DNA of 64,000 bases. It comes from an uncultured Thermoleophilia bacterium. GTDB lineage: Bacteria > Actinomycetota > Thermoleophilia > Miltoncostaeales > Miltoncostaeaceae. The DNA lies in contig CAWAQS010000006.1 in assembly GCA_963784365.1 (NCBI GenBank), forward strand, positions 1,296,930 to 1,360,929. The letters run 5' to 3'. Positions 11,218-25,023 of this stretch are shown piece after piece (the first letter of the stretch is position 1; the number at the start of each line of letters is the position of its first letter). The notes beneath the pieces are model-generated. The model made no database searches, had not been told where the DNA came from, and was given only the letters and a program-made list of their open reading frames with translations. The translations under genes were made by a program, and so were the position numbers.

Positions 11218-12269
11218 GCGGCGCGTCCGAGGGCGGGGGGCTGGCGCCCCTCGAGATCATCCGGCTCACCGACGCGGGCGTCGAGATGCTCGATCAGACG
11301 CTGCTGCCCGGACGCGAGGCGGTGCTCGTCTGCGCGGACTGGCCGCAGGTGGTCAACGCGATCCGCCGCCTCTCGATCCGGGGCGCGCCCGCCCTCGGGA
11401 TCGCCGGGGCCATGGGCGTGGCGCTCGCGGCGGCGTCCGTGCGCGGCGACGACCCGGGCTCGGGGCGCGCGGAGATCGCCCGCGCGGCGGCGGGGCTGCG
11501 CGACGCCCGCCCCACGGCGGTCAACCTGGCCTGGGCGGTCAACGCGCAGATGCGCCGTGCCGACGCGCACCCGGGCCCGCCCGACGCCCTCGCGGAGGCG
11601 CTCGCCGACGCCGCCCGACGCCTCCACGAGGACGAGGTCGAGCGCTGCCGGCTCATCGGCGCCCACGCCCTCGCGCTGCTGGGGCGCGGCGCGCGCATCA
11701 TGACCCACTGCAACGCGGGCGCCCTGGCCACCGGCGGCTACGGCACGGCCCTCGGCGTCGTCCGGGCGGCGTACGCGGCGGACCCCTCGGTGCGCGTCGT
11801 GGTGCCGGAGACCCGCCCGCTGCTCCAGGGCTCGCGGCTGACCGCCTGGGAGCTCGACCGCGACGGCATCCCGCACACGCTGATCACCGACTCGATGGCG
11901 GCCTCGATGATGGCGGGCGGCGCCGTCTCGCACGTCGTCGTGGGGGCCGACCGGATCGCCGCCAACGGAGACGTCGCCAACAAGATCGGCACCTACGGCC
12001 TGGCCGTGCTGGCGCGCGAGCACGGGATCGACGTGATCGTGGCCGCCCCCACGAGCACCATCGACCTCTCGACGCCCACGGGCGCGAGCATCCCCATCGA
12101 GGAGCGCTCCGCCGACGAGGTCCGCGGCCTGTCGCTCTTCGGCGCCGCCGCGTCGGCCGCGACGACATCCGTCGCGAACCCGGCCTTCGACGTGACCCCG
12201 GCCCGCTTCGTCTCGGCCATCGTCACCGAGCGCGGGGTCCATCGCCCGCCGTACGAGCGTGTCCCTTGA
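11214..12269 (+). CDS. mtnA: S-methyl-5-thioribose-1-phosphate isomerase / eIF-2B-like
   Basis: Intact ORF with 'RGAPALGIAGAMGVALAA…ARPTAVNLAWAV…IMTHCNAGALATGGYGTALGV…GADRIAANGDVANKIGTY'. Confidence 0.8.
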   Translation: MSGASEGGGLAPLEIIRLTDAGVEMLDQTLLPGREAVLVCADWPQVVNAIRRLSIRGAPALGIAGAMGVALAAASVRGDDPGSGRAEIARAAAGLRDARPTAVNLAWAVNAQMRRADAHPGPPDALAEALADAARRLHEDEVERCRLIGAHALALLGRGARIMTHCNAGALATGGYGTALGVVRAAYAADPSVRVVVPETRPLLQGSRLTAWELDRDGIPHTLITDSMAASMMAGGAVSHVVVGADRIAANGDVANKIGTYGLAVLAREHGIDVIVAAPTSTIDLSTPTGASIPIEERSADEVRGLSLFGAAASAATTSVANPAFDVTPARFVSAIVTERGVHRPPYERVP

Positions 12270-12276
12270 CGCGTTG

Positions 12277-12401
12277 AGGCCGGCCTCTTGCGGGCCGGCC
12301 TGGACGCGGCAAATGGGCCCTGGCCGGGCCCATTTGCATTCGGTGGCCGCCTTTGGCGGCGACCTTGTACACCACGGGCCGGGTTTCCCCGGCCCGTGGT
12401 G
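12277..12401. repeat. Cluster of four perfect GC-rich hairpins in the mtnA-comF intergenic region
   Basis: 12277-12301 AGGCCGGCC/GGCCGGCCT, 12311-12335 AAATGGGCCC/GGGCCCATTT, 12347-12360 GCCGCC/GGCGGC, 12371-12401 ACCACGGGCCGGG/CCCGGCCCGTGGT (13-bp stem). Confidence 0.6.
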
Positions 12402-12498
12402 TCTCGTCGCCATCGGCGACATCGGGGCCACGACCGGCCTGCGCGCGTCTCGGCACGATGTCGGCGCCGATCCGCCACGACGCGACCGGGAGGCTGGG

Positions 12499-13184
12499 GT
12501 GGTGCCCCTCGGTGTCCTGCTCGACGTCCTGCTGCCGCCGGCGTGCGCGGCCTGCGGGCTGCCCGGCCGGCCGGCGTGCGACGCGTGTCTCGCGGCGCTC
12601 GCGCCTTTGCCTCCGCCGTGGTGCGCGCGGGTGCGGCATCCCGGTCCCGGTCGCCGTCGAGCGGTGCGCCGCGTGCCGGGGCCGAATCGCGGAGGCGCGC
12701 CAGGCCGTGGCCTACTCCGGGCCGGCGCCCGCCATGGTCGCGGCGCTCAAGGACGGGCGCCGGCGGGTGCTCGCCGAGGTGCTGGCGCGGGCGATCGCGG
12801 ACGCCGTGGCGGCCCCGCCGCTCGGGGCGGTGCTGGTGCCGGTGCCGCTGGGCCCGCGCCGCGGACGCTCCCGGGGCTTCAACCAGAGCCGGCTGATCGC
12901 CGTCGCCCTGGGACGCGTCTGGGGCCGTCCGGTCGCCGACGCGCTCGTGCGGTCCCGCGAGGGGCCCGACCAGCGCGGCGCCGGCGCCACCGCGCGCGCC
13001 CGCCAGGTGGCCGGGGCCTTCGCGCCCGTCCGGCCGCGACCCGGTTCCGGCCTGCGCCTGGCTCGTGGACGACGTCCACACGACCGGGGCGACCCTCGCC
13101 GACTGCGCGCGGGCCCTGCGCGCCGGCGGGGCGCGCCGGGTCGGCGCGGTCTGCTTCGCGCGGGTCGTGGAGCCCGCGCGATGA
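12499..13184 (+). CDS. comF: ComF-family protein (double zinc-ribbon + phosphoribosyltransferase domain), frameshifted
   Basis: 'CAACGLPGRPACDACLAAL' zinc ribbon and the C-terminal 'AWLVDDVHTTGATLADCARAL' PRTase motif. Confidence 0.7.
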
Positions 13185-13257
13185 GGCGACGGCCGTGGGT
13201 GATGTCGGGCTCCCGCGATAGCATCCGGGGACAGAGAAGCCACAGAAGGGGGCCACC

Positions 13258-13851
13258 GTGCAGCTCCAGGTCAAGGGCAAGGGAATGTCCGTCACCGACG
13301 CCCTCTTCAACCACGCGGAGCAGAAGTTCGAGAAGCTCACGCGCATCCTGCCGCCCTGGGACGAGGCGACCAGCGTCGAGCTCGAGCTCTCGGTCGAGCG
13401 CAACAAGAAGATCGAGCGCGATCAGATCGCCGAGGTCACCGTCCGCACCAAGGGGCCGGTGCTCCGGGTGCGCGAGAGCGCCGACGACATGTACGTGGCG
13501 ATCGATCAGGCCGCCCGCAAGCTCGAGCGCCAGGCGCGCCGCTACCGCGACCGGCGCAAGGACCACCACGCCCCGCCCATGGACGAGGTGCCCGAGCTGG
13601 TCGGCCAGCCGCCGCTCGAGCCCGTGCCCGCGGCCCTGTCGGCCGAGCCCGTCGCTCCGCCCGAGCCCACCCCGCGACTGGTCAAGAGCAAGAGCTTCGA
13701 GTTGAAGCCGATGTCGGCGGAGGAGGCGGCCCTCTACATGGACCTGGTCCACCACGACTTCTACGTCTTCCTCAACGAGGCCGACGGCCTCGTCAACGTG
13801 GTCTATCGCCGTCGCGACGGCGATTTCGGCCTCATCGCACCCGGGGTGTGA
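13258..13851 (+). CDS. hpf: Ribosome hibernation-promoting factor, long form
   Basis: 'MQLQVKGKGMSVTDALFNHAEQKFEKL…' and the C-terminal dimerisation domain 'EEAALYMDLVHHDFYVFLNEADGLVNVVYRRRDGDFGLI'. Confidence 0.9.
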   Translation: MQLQVKGKGMSVTDALFNHAEQKFEKLTRILPPWDEATSVELELSVERNKKIERDQIAEVTVRTKGPVLRVRESADDMYVAIDQAARKLERQARRYRDRRKDHHAPPMDEVPELVGQPPLEPVPAALSAEPVAPPEPTPRLVKSKSFELKPMSAEEAALYMDLVHHDFYVFLNEADGLVNVVYRRRDGDFGLIAPGV

Positions 13852-13944
13852 CGGGGGCTCATGACCTCGGCCGGCACGCCGATGAGGCCCAGGAGGCCTG
13901 CGCTACGATGAACAGGTTGTGCCCACGATCCCCCCGGTGTCCGC

Positions 13945-16558
<2,614 letters not shown>

Positions 16559-16597
16559 GCGCCGGGGCGCACCGCGCCCGGCCCGCCGCCCGACCCC

Positions 16598-17770
16598 ATG
16601 ACCACCGACTCGACGCGCTCGCTCGACGACCTGATCCCCCGCGCCGCCCGCCTCCAGGAGCGGATCGCGGAGCTCGGTGAGTACCTCGATCCGCCGACCC
16701 TCGGGCGCCGCGTCACGGAGCTCGAGGCGCAGATGGGCGCGCCGGGCTTCTGGGACGACCAGGCCAACGCGGCGAAGGTCTCCTCCGAGCACTCGGCAGC
16801 CTCCGGGCGGCTGACCCAATACCGCGAGCTCTCCGACGAGATCGCGTCGCTGTCCGAGATGGCCGAGCTCCTGCGCGAGGAGGCCCAGGGCGAGCCGGAG
16901 ATGGTCGCCGAGCTGGCCGACGGCCTCGACCGCGCGGACGCCGTCCTCGGCGCCCTGGAGGAGGCGCGCCTCTTCTCGGGCGAGCACGACGCCGGCGATG
17001 CGGTCGTGACGATCAACGCGGGGGAGGGCGGCACCGATGCCCAGGACTGGGCCGAGATGCTGCTGCGCATGTACCTGCGCTGGGCCGAGCAGCGCGGGCT
17101 GCGCACAGACCTCAAGGAGGTCCAGGAGGGCACCGAGGCCGGCATCAAGTCGGTCACCTTCACGGTGCACGGCACCAACGCCTACGGGCTCCTGTCCGCC
17201 GAGCGCGGCGTGCACCGGCTGGTGCGCCTGTCGCCCTTCGACTCGGCCAACCGGCGCCAGACCTCGTTCGCGGCGGTCGACGTCGCCCCGCTGGTGAGCG
17301 ACGCCGTGGAGATCGAGATCCTGGACAAGGACCTCAAGGTGGACACCTACCGGGCGAGCGGGGCGGGCGGGCAGCACGTCAACAAGACCGACTCGGCCGT
17401 CCGCATCACGCATCTGCCCACCAAGATCGTCGTCCAGTGCCAGAACGAGCGCTCGCAGACCCAGAACCGCGCCACCGCGATGGCCCTGCTGCGCGCGCGG
17501 ATGGTCCAGGCCGAGCTCGAGCGCCGCGAGGCCGAGGCGGCCAAGAGCCGGGGCGAGAGCCAGAGCATCGGCTTCGGCAGCCAGATCCGCTCCTACGTGG
17601 TCCACCCGTACACGATGGTCAAGGACCTTCGTACCGGGTACGAGACCGGCAACACGCAGGGCGTGCTCGACGGCGACCTGGACGGCTTCATCCGCGCCGA
17701 GCTCGAGCGCCGGGCGCGCGGCGGATCCGCCCCGTCCGAGCCCGTCTCCGACCCCGCCGAGGAGGACTGA
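16598..17770 (+). CDS. prfB: Peptide chain release factor 2 (single continuous ORF, no programmed +1 frameshift site)
   Basis: 'SPF' tripeptide in context ([12 protein letters not shown]) and '[19 protein letters not shown]' GGQ motif. Confidence 0.9.
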   Translation: MTTDSTRSLDDLIPRAARLQERIAELGEYLDPPTLGRRVTELEAQMGAPGFWDDQANAAKVSSEHSAASGRLTQYRELSDEIASLSEMAELLREEAQGEPEMVAELADGLDRADAVLGALEEARLFSGEHDAGDAVVTINAGEGGTDAQDWAEMLLRMYLRWAEQRGLRTDLKEVQEGTEAGIKSVTFTVHGTNAYGLLSAERGVHRLVRLSPFDSANRRQTSFAAVDVAPLVSDAVEIEILDKDLKVDTYRASGAGGQHVNKTDSAVRITHLPTKIVVQCQNERSQTQNRATAMALLRARMVQAELERREAEAAKSRGESQSIGFGSQIRSYVVHPYTMVKDLRTGYETGNTQGVLDGDLDGFIRAELERRARGGSAPSEPVSDPAEED

Positions 17771-18110
17771 CCCCCATTCCGTCGAACGTTGCTGCGCGCG
17801 CCAATGGCCCCTGTTTCCGGCGATTTTCGCGGATTGACTTCCCCGTGCGGGAAGGGCTACCCTCCCCGGGCTCCATGGGACGGTCGCATCCGCCGAAGAA
17901 CGTCATGACGGCGGCTCCCCTTTGCTTGCACCTCCCCTCGACCGCGCGCGGGTCTTCATCATGAGCACCGACGCCCCCCCGACACCCCCCTCCGACTCCG
18001 ACACGCCGCCGCGGCGTGACCGCGAGCGTGCGCGCCGCCGCGACCGCAACGGCAGCGACTCGATCACGCGCGCCGACCGGCGCTCGGTGCTGCGGCCGGG
18101 CGACGGCCCG

Positions 18111-18801
18111 ATGGTCATCTTCGACGGGCGTCACCAAGGCCTACACCACCGACGCGATGGGGCTGGACGACGTCAGCCTCTCCATCGAGAGCGGCGAGTT
18201 CGTCTTCCTCGTGGGCCCCTCGGGCTCCGGCAAGTCGACCTTCATCCGGCTCCTGATCAAGGAGTTCGAGCCCACGAGCGGCTCGATCACGGTGGGCGGA
18301 CGCAACCTCCAGCGGCTGAGGCGCTCCAAGGTGCCCTACCTGCGCCGCTCGATCGGCTGCGTCTTCCAGGACTTCAAGCTCCTGGCGGGGCGGACGGTCT
18401 ACGAGAACGTGGCCTACGCCCTCCAGGTGATCGGCGAGAACCCGCGCAGCACCCGGCGCAAGGTCCCCGAGATCCTGGCCCTGGTGGGCCTGTCCGAGAA
18501 GGGCGACCGCTACCCCAACGAGCTCTCCGGCGGCGAGCAGCAGCGCGTCTCGATCGCGCGCTCGTTCGTCAACCACCCGCGGCTGCTGATCGCGGACGAG
18601 CCGACCGGGAACCTCGACCCCGAGACGTCCATCGGGATCATGCAGCTGCTCTACCGGATCAACCGCACCGGCACGACCGTGATCATGGCCACGCACGACC
18701 GCGAGATGGTCAACAAGATGCAGATGCGCGTCATCGCGCTCGAGGCGGGCAAGGTCGTCCGCGACCAGCGCCAGGCGAGCTACGCCCGGGCCGACTCGTG
18801 A
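18111..18801 (+). CDS. ftsE: Cell-division ABC ATPase FtsE, 1-nt insertion near 18127
   Basis: 'MVIFDG-VTKAY…[11 protein letters not shown]' Walker A, '[14 protein letters not shown]' signature, '[12 protein letters not shown]' Walker B. Confidence 0.85.
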
Positions 18802-19695
18802 GGCCGCGCTTCTTCGTCGCGGAGGCGCTGCGCTCGATCCGGGCCAACGCCGCCGTCTCGGTGGCCGCCACGGTGACCGTGCTGATCGCGGTCTTCATCC
18901 TGGGCGCGTTCATCCCCTCGTTCCTCTACGTGCAGTCGACCGTGGACTCCCAGAAGGCCAAGGTCGACATCGACGTGTTCATCTCGGACTCGGCCTCGGT
19001 GACGCAGGTCAACGGGCTCCAGAACCAGCTGATGGCCCTCAAGGAGTCCGGCCAGATCACGTCCTTCCGCTACGTCTCCAAGGACGACGCGCCTCAAGGA
19101 GCTGCGCGCGCGGCTCAAGGACCCGTCGATCCTCCAGGAGCTGCCGAGCAACCCGCTGCCGGCCAAGTTCAACGTCAAGCCGGCCGACCCGGCCCAGGCC
19201 CAGCAGATCATCGACCAGATCAGCGACAGCCCGGCGATCGACAAGGAGCTCGGCGTCTCCTACGGCAAGGAGACCGCCGACAAGCTGCTGTCGGTGGCCA
19301 AGTTCATCCAGTGGGCCGGGCTGGCGCTGATCTCCATCCTGATGGTCGCCTCGATCCTGCTGATCGGGAACACGATCCGGCTCTCGATCTTCGCCCGCCG
19401 CCGCGAGGTGGAGGTCATGAAGCTGGTGGGGGCCACCAACTGGTTCATCCGCTGGCCCTTCGTGATCGAGGGGATCATCTGCGGCCTGGTCGGCGCCGTC
19501 CTCTCGGTGATCCTGCTGTGGATCGTCAAGGTGGGCGTCGTGGACACCTGGATCCAGGACGCCGACGGCGCGCTGACGCGCGATCAGGCGACGACGATCG
19601 GCTTCCCGATGCTCGGCCTCATCCTGATCGTCTCCGGCGCCCTGGTGGGCGCCCTCGGCAGCGGCATCACGCTGCGCCGCTTCCTCAAGGTCTGA
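18798..19695 (+). CDS. ftsX: Cell-division permease-like protein FtsX, frameshift near 19090
   Basis: The start overlaps the ftsE stop. There is an N-terminal TM, an extracellular domain and the C-terminal 3-TM block '[24 protein letters not shown]'. Confidence 0.8.
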
Positions 19696-19780
19696 GCCTC
19701 CCGCCGCACCGGGATCGCGGGATCCCGGGCCGGGCGGGGCTATCATCGCTCGTCAGACCCGTGCGCCGCCGACCCCGCCC

Positions 19781-20978
19781 ATGAGCCCCCGCCGGGTCCT
19801 GATCGCCGCGCTGGCGGTGGTCGTCGTGTTCGCCGTGTTCGTCGGCGGCGTCGTGGTGGGCGGCCACGCCCAGGCGACCGGCCTCACCCAGCTCAAGGAC
19901 CCCCTGCGCGGGTTCCTCCTCGGCGACAGCGGCCAGGACCTGTCCGGCCAGGTGCTCGACCTGCTCAAGGACCAGTACTACGTCACGGTCGACTCCTCGA
20001 AGCTGGAGTCGACGTCGGTCGATTCCATGGTCGACGCGCTCAAGGACCCCTACACGGACTACCTGACCCCCGACGAGCTCGAGGCGCTGCGCGAGCGCAA
20101 CGACGGGGCCTACTTCGGGGTGGGCCTGCAGGTGGCCGAGCGCGACGGCACGGTGGTCGTGACGCGGGTCTTCGCCGACAGCCCCGCCGAGCGCGCCGGC
20201 GCCCGGGCGGGCGACGTGATCGTCTCGGTGGACGGCACGCCCACCAGGCGGGAAGGACCTGGAGACGGTCGTGGGCGGCATCCGCGGCAAGGAGGGGACG
20301 ACGGTGAACGTCGGCCTGCGCACCGGCGACGCCCCCGCGCGCGTGCTCGAGCTGAAGCGGTCGCGGATCAAGGTCCCGGCGGTCGACTCGCGGATCGTGA
20401 CGGTGGACGGCAAGAAGATCGGCTACGTGCGCCTGGCCGCCTTCACCCGGGGCGCCACGGGCGCCCTGCGCACCGCGATCCAGGACCTGAAGAAGAAGGG
20501 CGCCGAGGCCCTCGTGTTCGACCTGCGGGGCGATCCGGGCGGCCTGGTGACCGAGGCCGTGGGCGTCACCGGCGTCTTCCTGCCCGAGGGCTCCGAGGTG
20601 GTGGTCACCCAGGGGCTGCACTCGCCCCGCAAGGTCTACCGCACCGACACCAGCCCGGTGGCCGGCGACCTGCCGCTGATCGTGCTGGTGGACGAGGGCA
20701 GCGCCAGCGCCAGCGAGATCGTCGCCGGGGCCCTGCGCGACGCCAAGCGGGGCATCCTGGTGGGCCAGCGGACCTTCGGCAAGGCGCTGGTGCAGAGCAC
20801 GATCCCGCTCCGCGACGGCGGGGCGCTCAAGCTCACCACGGCCCGCTACCTCACGCCGTCCGGCTACGACCTGGCCAAGCGCGGCCTGCCGCCGGCGGTG
20901 AAGGTGCTGGACGATCCCCGCACGGCGCCCGACGAGGCCCTGCAGCGCGGCCTCGACATGGCGGCGGCCCGGGCATGA
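19781..20978 (+). CDS. ctpA: Carboxyl-terminal processing protease (S41 family, PDZ-containing), frameshift near 20250
   Basis: N-terminal TM, PDZ 'GVGLQVAERDGTVVVTRVFADSPAERAGARAGDVIVSVDG', then the S41 core 'LVFDLRGDPGG…LVDEGSASASEIVAGAL…GQRTFGK'. Confidence 0.8.
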
Positions 20979-22785
20979 GCCGCGGCGGGCCATCGGCGGT
21001 GCTGGTGGCCGAGCTCGTGTCGTCCGGGCGCAGCGCCGCGGCCCAGCCGGCCTTCGAGCCCGGCCCGCGCATCCCCCTGGCCAAGGGCGCCCGGGGCGGC
21101 GCGGACGTGGGCGACCTCGTCACGGTCACCGTGCGCGGCCGCGCCGGCCGCGTCACCGCCGTCCACGGCCCCTCGAGCTCGCCCCACGCCGCCCTGCGCG
21201 CGCTGCTGGTGTCCGAGGACCTCGCGCGGCCGTTCCCGCGCGCCGCGCTCGACGAGGCGGACGCGCTCGACGAGGGCGACGCGGCGACGGATCGCGGCCG
21301 CCACGACCTGCGCGACCAGCGGGTGATCACCATCGACCCCGACGGCGCCAAGGACCACGACGACGCCATCGCGGTCGCGCCCGGGGAGGGCGGCGCCACG
21401 CGGCTGTGGGTGCACATCGCCGACGTCTCGCGCTTCGTGGCCCCCGGCGGCGCGCTCGACCGCGAGGCCGCCCGGCGCGGCAACTCGGTCTACGTGCCCG
21501 GGACGGTCACCCCGATGCTGCCGCCGCGGCTCTCGTCGGATCTCTGCAGCCTGCGCGCCGGGCGTGGACCGCGCCGTGGTGACGCGTCGAGATGGTGATC
21601 GGCGCCGACGGGCGCGTGGGGGAGACCCGCTTCACGCGCTCGCTGATCCGCTCCGAGCGGGCGCTCACCTACGCCGAGGCCGACCGGGTCATCGGTGGCG
21701 GGTCGATCGGCGACGCCGGGCTGGAGGCCGACATCCGGCGCATCGACGCGGTCGCCGCGCGTCCTGCGCGACCGGCGCATCGCCCGTGGCGCGCTGGAGG
21801 CGGCGTCGGCGGAGCCGGTGGTGACGCTTCGCGGGGGACCGCGTCGCCTCCATCGACCTGGAGGGGCAGACCCCGGCCCACTCCCTGGTGGAGGAGTGCA
21901 TGATCGCGGCCAACGAGGCCGTCGCGCGGTACCTCATCGCCCGCGGGACGCCGACCGTCTTCCGCCACCACGACGACCCGGCCCAGGCGCGCACTCGAGA
22001 TGCTCTACGAGCAGCTGGAGGCCCTCGGGGTGGCCACCCCGCCCCTGCCCGACGGCCCGCTCGGCGGTCCGGAGCGCAGAGCCGCCGCCGCGGCGGCCGC
22101 CTCCGCCGTCGCGCGCCACCTGGAGGCCGGCGGGACCGGCGGCTACGCGCTCTGGTCGCTCGTGCTCCGGACGCTGCGCCAGGCCCACTACTCCGCCGCC
22201 GAGGTCGGCCATTCGGGGCTCGCGAGCGCGGCGTACCTCCACTTCACCTCGCCGATCCGGCGCTACCCGGACCTGCTGGTCCATCGCGGCCTGCTGGACG
22301 CCCTCGGCCTGGGCGATCCGGGTCCCGGACTCACCGAGCTCGCCGCCGAGGCGGACCACAGCTCCGCCACCGAGCGCGAGGCCTCCACCATCGAGCGCCG
22401 CGCCGACGACATCTGCGCGGCGTTCCTGCTGCGCGACCGCCTGACCGCGCGCGGATGGGACACGCCGGTGGAGGGGCGCGTCACCGGCCTCATCGACGCG
22501 GGCCTCTTCGTCACCTTCGAGGAGGCCTTCACCGGCTTCCTGCCCTCCCGCCGCCTGGAGGACGACCACTACCGCGCGGACCCGCTCGGCGTCTTCCTGA
22601 TCGGCGCCTCCACCGGGCGCCGCATCCGGATGGGCGACGATATCCGGGCCCGGGTGGTGCGCATCGAGCCCCTGCGCGGGCGCATCGAGCTGGAGCCCGC
22701 GGGCGCCCGCTCGGCGCTCGGGGCGACCAGCGGCCCGGCGGTCGGGCGGAGCCGCCGCGGCAGGGCGGGCGCCCGGCCGCGCTAA
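20975..22785 (+). CDS. rnr: RNase II/R-family 3'-5' exoribonuclease (RNB + S1 domains), multiple frameshifts
   Basis: 'ITIDPDGAKDHDDAIAV' RNB catalytic motif, 'HSLVEECMIAANEAVARY', and a C-terminal S1-like 'VEGRVTGLIDAGLFVTFEE…'. At least four frame changes. Confidence 0.75.
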
Positions 22786-22797
22786 CATCGCCGACCG

Positions 22798-23286
22798 ATG
22801 GCGGCCAAGAAGAACAACGAGAAGACGGACCGGTTCCGGGACGTCGCGCAGAACCGTCGCGCCCTGCACGAGTACGCGATCACCGACCGCTTCGAGGCGG
22901 GGATCGTGCTGCAGGGCAGCGAGGTGAAGGGCATCCGCGAGAGCGGGGCCACGATCAGCGACGCCTACGTCCAGATCCGCAACGGCGAGGCGTGGCTGGT
23001 GGGCGCCCACTTCTCGGACTACGAGAACGCCGGCTACGCCGGCCACGACCCGCGCCGCACGCGCAAGCTCCTGTTGCACCGCAAGGAGATCGAGCGGATC
23101 GCCCAGGCCCTCGCCGAGAAGGGCCTCGCGCTCGTCCCCCTCAGGCTCTACTTCAAGGAGGGGCGCGCCAAGATCGAGCTGGGGCTCGGGCGGGGGAAGA
23201 CCCTCTACGACAAGCGGCGCTCGATCGCCGAGCGCGACGCCCGCCGCGACGCCGATCGTGCGGTCAAGGCGGTCCGCAGGCGCTAG
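22798..23286 (+). CDS. smpB: SsrA-binding protein
   Basis: Intact ORF: '…NRRALHEYAITDRFEAGIVLQGSEVKGIRES…TRKLLLHRKEIERI…'. Confidence 0.9.
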   Translation: MAAKKNNEKTDRFRDVAQNRRALHEYAITDRFEAGIVLQGSEVKGIRESGATISDAYVQIRNGEAWLVGAHFSDYENAGYAGHDPRRTRKLLLHRKEIERIAQALAEKGLALVPLRLYFKEGRAKIELGLGRGKTLYDKRRSIAERDARRDADRAVKAVRRR

Positions 23287-23300
23287 GGGCCGGGGGCCTC

Positions 23301-24045
23301 TCAGTACTCGTCGCGGGAGATGCGCCACCAGCCCGCGCCCAGGAACAGGGCCAGCCAGGCGACCAGGGCCACGGCGGCGAGCGCCAGCGGCAGGCTCGTG
23401 TCGCTGCCCCCGAGCTCGCCGAGCACCGCCGGCAGCGCCAGGTCGCCGAGCGTCTGGTTCCAGGACGACACCAGCGCGAGGGCGGGCGCCACGCCGATGT
23501 TGATGACGAGCGCGATCGCGATGGCGGCGCCGTTCGAGCGCAGCAGGGATCCGATGCCCATGCTGATCAGGGCGTAGGTGCCGCTCAGCAGGAGCACGTT
23601 CCAGACCGACGATGCGACGTTCGTCGCGCTCATCGCGTCCTGGGACGCGGTGGGGAGGACGGCGCTGGCGATCAGGGCCACGACCAACGCGGGCAGCAGC
23701 ACCAGCCAGCTCGCCAGGAGCACCGCGGCCATCCGGCTGGCGTAGATCGACCAGCGCGAGGGTCCCGCAAGGAGCAGGTAGCGCATCGTGCCCTGCGACA
23801 CGTCGTACGAGCCGGCCAGGGCGCCCAGCACGATCGCGATCACCACGCCCACGAGGACCAGCACGGCGGTGGTCGCGTCGAGCAGGGGCCGCCCGCCGGC
23901 CGAGGCGTACTCCTCGGTGTCGCGCACGTGCACGACGTAGACGATCACGATCGTCAGGATCACCGCCCCGAGGGCGGTGCCCGCCGCGCCGAAGAACGAC
24001 CCGCGCCGCCCGACGATGGTTCGCAGTGTCGCCAGGATCACGGCC
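23301..24045 (-). CDS. ABC-2 type transporter permease
   Basis: Six predicted TM helices in the frame of ORF 23301..25004 (…AVILTIVIVYVV…, …LLASWLVLLPALVVALIASAVL…). It follows the ATPase on the minus strand; the start is uncertain. Confidence 0.6.
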
Positions 24046-25004
24046 CGTCGCCGCCGATCTCGCCCGGGGTGGCGCCGGCCGTGATGTCCAGGAAGCGTTC
24101 CTCGAGCGACTCGCGCTCGTGGACGATCTCTGACACGCCGATGCCCGCCTGGACCAGGGTCCGGGTGACCAGCATCGCCACCTGGTCGTCCATGTGGTCC
24201 AGCGTCAGGTTGAGCCGGCCCTCGCCGCCGCCGTTGCCGCTCCGGGCGATGCTGCCCACGATCCCCGCCGAGGCCAGCGCGCCCTCCACGCGGTCGGGGG
24301 CGTCCACCCGCAGCCGGATCGAGCTGCGACCGCCGGCCACCAGCTCCGCCACGGGCCCGTGCATCACCAGCCGCCCCGCCTGGACGATCGCGATGTCGTC
24401 GGCGAGCTTCTCGACCTCGTCCAGCAGGTGGGAGGAGATGAAGACGGTGCGCCCGTCCTCCTCGACGAAGGAGCGGATCATGTCGCGGAACTCGACGATC
24501 CCGGCCGGATCGAGCCCGTTGCTGGGCTCGTCCAGGATCAGCAGCTCGGGATCGGTGAGGAGGCTGCGCGCGACGCCCAGGCGCTGGCGCATGCCCAGCG
24601 AGTACTGCTTCACCGGCGCTGTCCGCGCGCTCGGTGAGGTTGACCCGCCCCAGGGCCCAGTCGATGCGCTCGTGGGCCGCGCCGCCGGTGAAGCGGGCCC
24701 ACACCTCGAGGTTGCCGCGGCCGGACAGGTACGGGTAGAAGCGCGGCTCCTCCACGATCCCGCCCACGCGCTCCAGCGCGCGCCGCGTCTCCGCCGGGAT
24801 GGGGTGGCCGCGCACCTCGATCGACCCCGAGGAGACGCGCGCGAGGCCGAGGATGCAGCGGATGAGCGTCGTCTTGCCCGATCCGTTGGGCCCCAGCCAG
24901 CCGAGGCAGCGGCCGGGCCGGACCTCGAAGGAGACGTCGTTGACGGCCACGTTCTCGCCGAACCGCTTCGAGACGTGGTCCAGGCGGATGATGGGTTCCG
25001 TCAC
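24038..25004 (-). CDS. ABC transporter ATP-binding protein, frameshift near 24610
   Basis: 'LGPNGSGKTTLIR' Walker A in frame 1, then 'LSGMRQRLGVARSLL…LILDEPSNGLD' signature and Walker B in frame 2. Confidence 0.75.
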
Positions 25005-25023
25005 GGGTACGTACGCTATCGGC

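Noticed and set aside
17834-17863. Sigma-70-like promoter TTGACT-N18-TACCCT upstream of ftsE
   Set aside because: The -10 is weak and the element is about 250 nt upstream of the corrected ftsE start. Not convincing without transcript data.
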